DNA of 64,000 nt from Fidelibacterota bacterium TCS55 (GTDB lineage Bacteria; Fidelibacterota; Marinisomatia; Marinisomatales; TCS55), in the NCBI GenBank assembly GCA_001577025.1, contig LSCF01000001.1:7609-71608 (forward strand). The letters run 5' to 3'. The position numbers were made by a program, and so were the translations under genes. Under the pieces are notes generated by a model. The model ran no database searches and had not been told where the DNA came from. It saw only the letters and a list, made by a program, of their open reading frames with translations. Shown here in pieces: positions 59,855 through 64,000 of the stretch. Every line of letters begins with the position of its first letter. Position 1 is the stretch's first letter.

Positions 59855-62467
59855 ATGAGAAAAATGAAAAGGGTTAATACCTATATAATTAGCGGTTTGA
59901 TTGCCACAACATCTTTGTTTGGCCAAGTTGAATTATTGAATCCTCGTTTTGATTTCACGCCGGGGATTCGCTATGACCGATCCATTTCATCACCAAAAGA
60001 TTATCTCGGATATGAATTGGGCACGGAATACACCATTTATGCAGATGTGTTGAGTTATTTAAGAACTCTGGATGAACAATCGGACCGTGTTTCCATCCAT
60101 CCCTATGGGAAAACCCATGAAGGCCGGGCACTGGAATATTTAGTGATTACGAGTGAAAAAAATCGGAAACGATTGGATGATATTCAAAAAAATAACCAGC
60201 GGCTGGCAGATCCTCGCAATATTAATCCTGCTGTGGCGAAAAAAATCATTCGAGAAAATCCGGGAATTTATTGGCTCAGTTATAATGTCCATGGCAATGA
60301 GGCCTCCAGCACTGAAGCGGTCATGCAGGTGGCCTACCGGTTAGCTGCCGGACGAGACAAAGAAACCAAAGCCATTTTGGATAATTCAGTTGTGATATTG
60401 GTCCCATGCATCAATCCGGATGGGCGGGATCGGTATGTATATTGGTATAAATCAGCCCAGAGCCATGTGACCAATGCGGATCAATTCGATTATGAGCATG
60501 ACGAACCTTGGCCTGGTGGCCGGACCAATCATTATTGGTTTGATCTGAATCGGGATTGGGTGTGGCTAGTTCACCCCGAGTCTCAAGGGCGCATTGCAGC
60601 CTATCAAGAATGGCTCCCTCAAATCCATGTGGATTATCATGAAATGGGATTCAACAGAAATTATTTTACCATGCCCGGCACGACACCGCGCAACCTTATG
60701 CTGCCGGAACCTTATGAGGCTCTATCTGACACATTTGGTCTGGCAAATATCGCGGCCTTTGATAAACACAAAGTTATGTACTACACCCGGGAAGGATTTG
60801 ATTTTTTCTACCCGGGCTATGGATCCTCCTATCCAAGCGTAATGGGTTCTATCGGTATGCTGGTGGAACAGGGCGGACACTCTCGTGGCGGGCGAGCCGT
60901 TGAAACGGATGATGGATACATTCTTACCCTTCGGCAGCGAGTCTTCGACCATTATGAAACATCTTTTGCTACCCTTTCAGCAGCTGTCCGAAACCGCCAA
61001 ACTCTGAATCAATATTTCCATGATACTTTCCAGCAAAAAACCAATACGGGCAAATCAGCCGTCTATATCCTGCCAGATGATCCCAGTAACCACCTTTATG
61101 ATGTAGTTAATATGCTTCGCGCTCATGGTGTAGAAGTCCGAAAGGCCAAAGCGAACTTTACAGTCAACAAAGCCCATGCTTATGAATCCGGGAAGGCCTC
61201 GAGACAGGTCTTTAATAAAGGGGATTTCCTCATTTATACCGATCAGCCCCGTCACCTTTTTATTAATACAGTCATGCAAAGAGAAATGGCTATTGAAGAT
61301 TCCATCATGTATGATATGGCTAGTTGGGCAGCGCCCCTTGCCTATAACTTGGATGCTTATTGGTCAGAAACTAAACCGCGAGTGAAGACTGATCTGGTAA
61401 ATGAAAGTCTGACCTATTCGAGTAGCGTTAACCAAGCCCGTGATGCATATGCATATGTAATTGATTGGGATCAGCGCCATGCACCAAAAGCATTGGCTCA
61501 CCTATGGGCGAAAGGATATAAAGTGCGTTCGGCGCGCAAAACATTCAATAATGGGACCCGCACTTATTCACAAGGCACATTGGTCATTCTCATGGGGCGC
61601 AATACGAAAAAGGCTGAATCCGTTCAGAGTGATATGGCCCAAATTGCCAAAGACGCTGGTGTAAACATTGAAGCCTTTACCACAGGGCGAATGAAAGAAG
61701 GTATCGACTTCGGGTCAGGGAATATGGTCCCCTTAAAAAACCCCAAAGTGGGTCTCATGGTGGATTCGCCTTTCAACTCCTATACGGCAGGTCAGCTCTG
61801 GTATTTGCTAGATAAAGAAACAGAACTGGGTATTTCTAAACTGAGAATGAACCGATTAAAAAGTCTGGATTTGAATCAATATGATGTTCTTTTATTCCCC
61901 GGCGCACGAGGCAGTTTGGATTCATCCATAGTGAAAACATTGAAGGGCTGGGTTACAAAGGGGGGCACGCTGGTGGCTACAGAAGGCAGCGCCACATTCT
62001 TTACAGAAAAATCCGGCATCAATAAGGTGAAGACCGTCCAGCCGCCCAAACCGGAAAAAGAAGGCATTCTGCCCAGTGCATACACTCGTTATGAAGATCG
62101 TTCAGATTCACTGGGCCTCAAACGTATTCCCGGAACTGCATTTTACGGCATGATTGACAATTCAAATCCACTGGCCTTTGGGCTCCCGGATCGTTTATAT
62201 ACACTTAAACAAAGTGTGTCTGCCCTTGTGCCCGATCCGTCACTGCAAACTGTGGGGTATTATCACAAAGATGCCACGCAATTGAAAGTTGCGGGTTATG
62301 CATCCATAGAAAATCGAAAACTTTTAGCTGGAAAAACATTCGCCGCCGTTCAACCTATGGGCCGTGGAAAAATTGTTTATCTGGTGGACAATACGCAATA
62401 TCGCATGTTTTGGGTGGGACCATCCAGAATGGTACAAAATGCGGTGATGCTCGTACCCAATATGTAA
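59855..62467 (+). CDS. M14-family zinc carboxypeptidase, long form (~870 aa), secreted
   Basis: I chose the start at MRKMKRVNTYIISGLIATTSLFGQ. VHGNEASSTE, NPDGRDRYVYW and DYHEMG. Same architecture as 33847..36396. Confidence 0.85.
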   Translation: MRKMKRVNTYIISGLIATTSLFGQVELLNPRFDFTPGIRYDRSISSPKDYLGYELGTEYTIYADVLSYLRTLDEQSDRVSIHPYGKTHEGRALEYLVITSEKNRKRLDDIQKNNQRLADPRNINPAVAKKIIRENPGIYWLSYNVHGNEASSTEAVMQVAYRLAAGRDKETKAILDNSVVILVPCINPDGRDRYVYWYKSAQSHVTNADQFDYEHDEPWPGGRTNHYWFDLNRDWVWLVHPESQGRIAAYQEWLPQIHVDYHEMGFNRNYFTMPGTTPRNLMLPEPYEALSDTFGLANIAAFDKHKVMYYTREGFDFFYPGYGSSYPSVMGSIGMLVEQGGHSRGGRAVETDDGYILTLRQRVFDHYETSFATLSAAVRNRQTLNQYFHDTFQQKTNTGKSAVYILPDDPSNHLYDVVNMLRAHGVEVRKAKANFTVNKAHAYESGKASRQVFNKGDFLIYTDQPRHLFINTVMQREMAIEDSIMYDMASWAAPLAYNLDAYWSETKPRVKTDLVNESLTYSSSVNQARDAYAYVIDWDQRHAPKALAHLWAKGYKVRSARKTFNNGTRTYSQGTLVILMGRNTKKAESVQSDMAQIAKDAGVNIEAFTTGRMKEGIDFGSGNMVPLKNPKVGLMVDSPFNSYTAGQLWYLLDKETELGISKLRMNRLKSLDLNQYDVLLFPGARGSLDSSIVKTLKGWVTKGGTLVATEGSATFFTEKSGINKVKTVQPPKPEKEGILPSAYTRYEDRSDSLGLKRIPGTAFYGMIDNSNPLAFGLPDRLYTLKQSVSALVPDPSLQTVGYYHKDATQLKVAGYASIENRKLLAGKTFAAVQPMGRGKIVYLVDNTQYRMFWVGPSRMVQNAVMLVPNM

Positions 62468-62477
62468 AGGAATAATC

Positions 62478-63668
62478 ATGAAGAAACTGAAACACATATT
62501 ATTAATCACAATTGCCATTTTAATTGGGGGCTGCAGCAATGACGCGGCCCTGAAAAAACGGGCTTACGAATTGGCTCATGAGTTCATCATTACGGATGGC
62601 CATATCGATGTACCGTGGCGTCTCAATGACGGCTACGAAGATCTTTCTGTGCGGACAGAGGGGGGCGACTTCGATTACGTCCGTGCCAAAGAAGGAGGCC
62701 TTGACGCACCCTTCATGTCCATCTACGTCCCTTCTTCATACCAAGAAACCGGAGGTGCCAAAGAAAAGGCGGACTCCCTCATTGATCTAGTCCAACGCAT
62801 TGCTGATGACCATCCTGATAAATTCGAAGTCGCCACCAGCGTTGCAGATGTAAACCGCATCTTCGCCGATGGGAAAATTGCCCTACCCATGGGGATGGAA
62901 AACGGGGCGCCTATTTTGGACGACTTAAGCAACATCCAATATTTCTACGATCGGGGGATTCGGTACATCACACTCACCCACGCCAAAGATAATCTCATCT
63001 GTGATTCATCTTATGACACCACCAATACTTGGGGTGGATTGAGCCCTTTCGGTCGTGAAGTGGTGAAAGAAATGAACCGTGTGGGCATTATGGTGGATAT
63101 ATCCCACGTCACCGATGAGGTGATTAATCAAGTGCTGGATATGACAGACGTGCCCGTAATTGCTTCTCATTCATCCTGTCGTCATTTCACTCCAGGATGG
63201 GAACGGAACATGGGTGATGATGAGATTCGCAGATTGAAGGACAACGGCGGTGTTATCCAGATTAATTACGGTTCTTCGTTTGTGACGCAAGAAGCTCAGG
63301 ACAAACGTGCGGCCAACAGCGAAAAGATTGCCGCCTATGCAAAAGAAAATGGATTAACTGCCGATGATGATGAATTAAAAGACTATGCGAAAAAAGTTCG
63401 GGCAGAAAATCCTATGTATGCGGACATTACAGAAGTGGTGGACCATTTTGACCGTGTAGTAGAATTGGCCGGCATTGACCATGTGGCCATCGGTTCGGAC
63501 TATGACGGTGTAGGCGATACTTTGCCTTATGGATTGAAAGATGCGGCTTCTTACCCAAACCTCATTTATCATTTGCTAAAGCGGGGATATTCTGAAGAGG
63601 ATATAGAAAAAATCTGCTATAAAAATATCTGGCGGGTTTGGTCTGCCGTAGAGGCTGCGGCTGAATAA
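62478..63668 (+). CDS. Membrane dipeptidase (M19, renal-dipeptidase family), lipoprotein
   Basis: 396 aa. Lipobox LIGGC. ITDGHIDVPW, LTHAKDN, VDISH, ASHSS and GSDYDG. Confidence 0.88.
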   Translation: MKKLKHILLITIAILIGGCSNDAALKKRAYELAHEFIITDGHIDVPWRLNDGYEDLSVRTEGGDFDYVRAKEGGLDAPFMSIYVPSSYQETGGAKEKADSLIDLVQRIADDHPDKFEVATSVADVNRIFADGKIALPMGMENGAPILDDLSNIQYFYDRGIRYITLTHAKDNLICDSSYDTTNTWGGLSPFGREVVKEMNRVGIMVDISHVTDEVINQVLDMTDVPVIASHSSCRHFTPGWERNMGDDEIRRLKDNGGVIQINYGSSFVTQEAQDKRAANSEKIAAYAKENGLTADDDELKDYAKKVRAENPMYADITEVVDHFDRVVELAGIDHVAIGSDYDGVGDTLPYGLKDAASYPNLIYHLLKRGYSEEDIEKICYKNIWRVWSAVEAAAE

Positions 63669-63690
63669 GTCATTTTAATAATTTAAACAA

Positions 63691-63722
63691 ATGTATGGTG
63701 CGCAAATCTGCGTACCATACAT
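63691..63722. terminator. Bidirectional hairpin terminator
   Basis: Inverted repeat atgtatggtgcgca / tgcgtaccatacat with a 4-nt loop (14-bp stem, one mismatch), between convergent genes, followed by T-rich sequence. Confidence 0.7.
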
Positions 63723-64000
63723 TATTTATTATGGTCTTTAACGGCTTTAGATACTTTTCGCTGGAGCCAGCTCCGGGCAAATACATTTAAAAAGGGTATC
63801 ATCCGTAATTTCCCCGGCGTGTACACACGTCGCTTCCCGGCAGCCATCCCTTTGATAATGCCATTCACGCAATCATCCAATTCGATCGCGTGGTTCCCAT
63901 GGGTATGCTTCGATGCCCCTAACTTTTCTCCATCAGCCCCAAAGGCGTTGGCCCGCAAATCCGTACCTTTAATCCACCCTAAATATGCATCCATAAATTT
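63722..64000 (-). CDS. C-terminal part of a probable short-chain dehydrogenase/reductase (partial; continues off the right edge)
   Basis: The frame stays open to the window edge. The tail ...GKRRVYTPGKLRMIPFLNVFARSWLQRKV resembles the SDR C-terminal helix region. No catalytic motifs fall within the window. Confidence 0.4.
   Translation of the reverse strand, partial: KFMDAYLGWIKGTDLRANAFGADGEKLGASKHTHGNHAIELDDCVNGIIKGMAAGKRRVYTPGKLRMIPFLNVFARSWLQRKVSKAVKDHNK

Overview
This 64 kb window looks like a contiguous chromosomal segment from a bacterium of the FCB group (Bacteroidota / Marinimicrobia-like). The lineage call rests on three proteins with type IX secretion (T9SS) C-terminal sorting domains, two PorV/PorQ-like beta-barrel genes, a SusC/SusD pair and carboxypeptidase-regulatory-domain TonB-dependent receptors. 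Many genes also have clear Shine-Dalgarno sites (GGAGG), and spot counts put GC at roughly 38-45%. I cannot place the organism more precisely from sequence alone.

Coding density is very high, with several 4-nt ATGA start/stop overlaps. I saw no rRNA, tRNA, CRISPR array, integrase or transposase.

- **Housekeeping genes:** rho, folC, eno, ftsB, recO, proS, mgtE, ssb, pyk and apaG.
- **Secreted or lipoprotein hydrolases:** an unusually dense set covering M1, M14 x2, M19, M20, M23, M28-PDZ, amidohydrolase x3 and PD40 propellers.
- **Cell-envelope loci:** several, described below.

The observations I consider most worth following up are:
1. A tight operon of TonB-dependent receptor, giant T9SS cargo and PorV-like barrel. 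The cargo is split at a site resembling the prfB +1 frameshift signal.
2. Two tandem ~70-aa hydrophobic paralogues, each with its own terminator, sitting upstream of two outer-membrane barrel genes and an amidase.
3. A 60-aa ORF made of only a signal peptide plus a C-terminal sorting-tag-like tail.
4. An overlapping pair of an SDR and a eukaryote-like steroid 5-alpha-reductase.
5. A type II dehydroquinase homologue that appears catalytically dead.
6. A solitary octaheme lipoprotein cytochrome.

All family calls come from motif recognition by eye. No searches or alignments were run.
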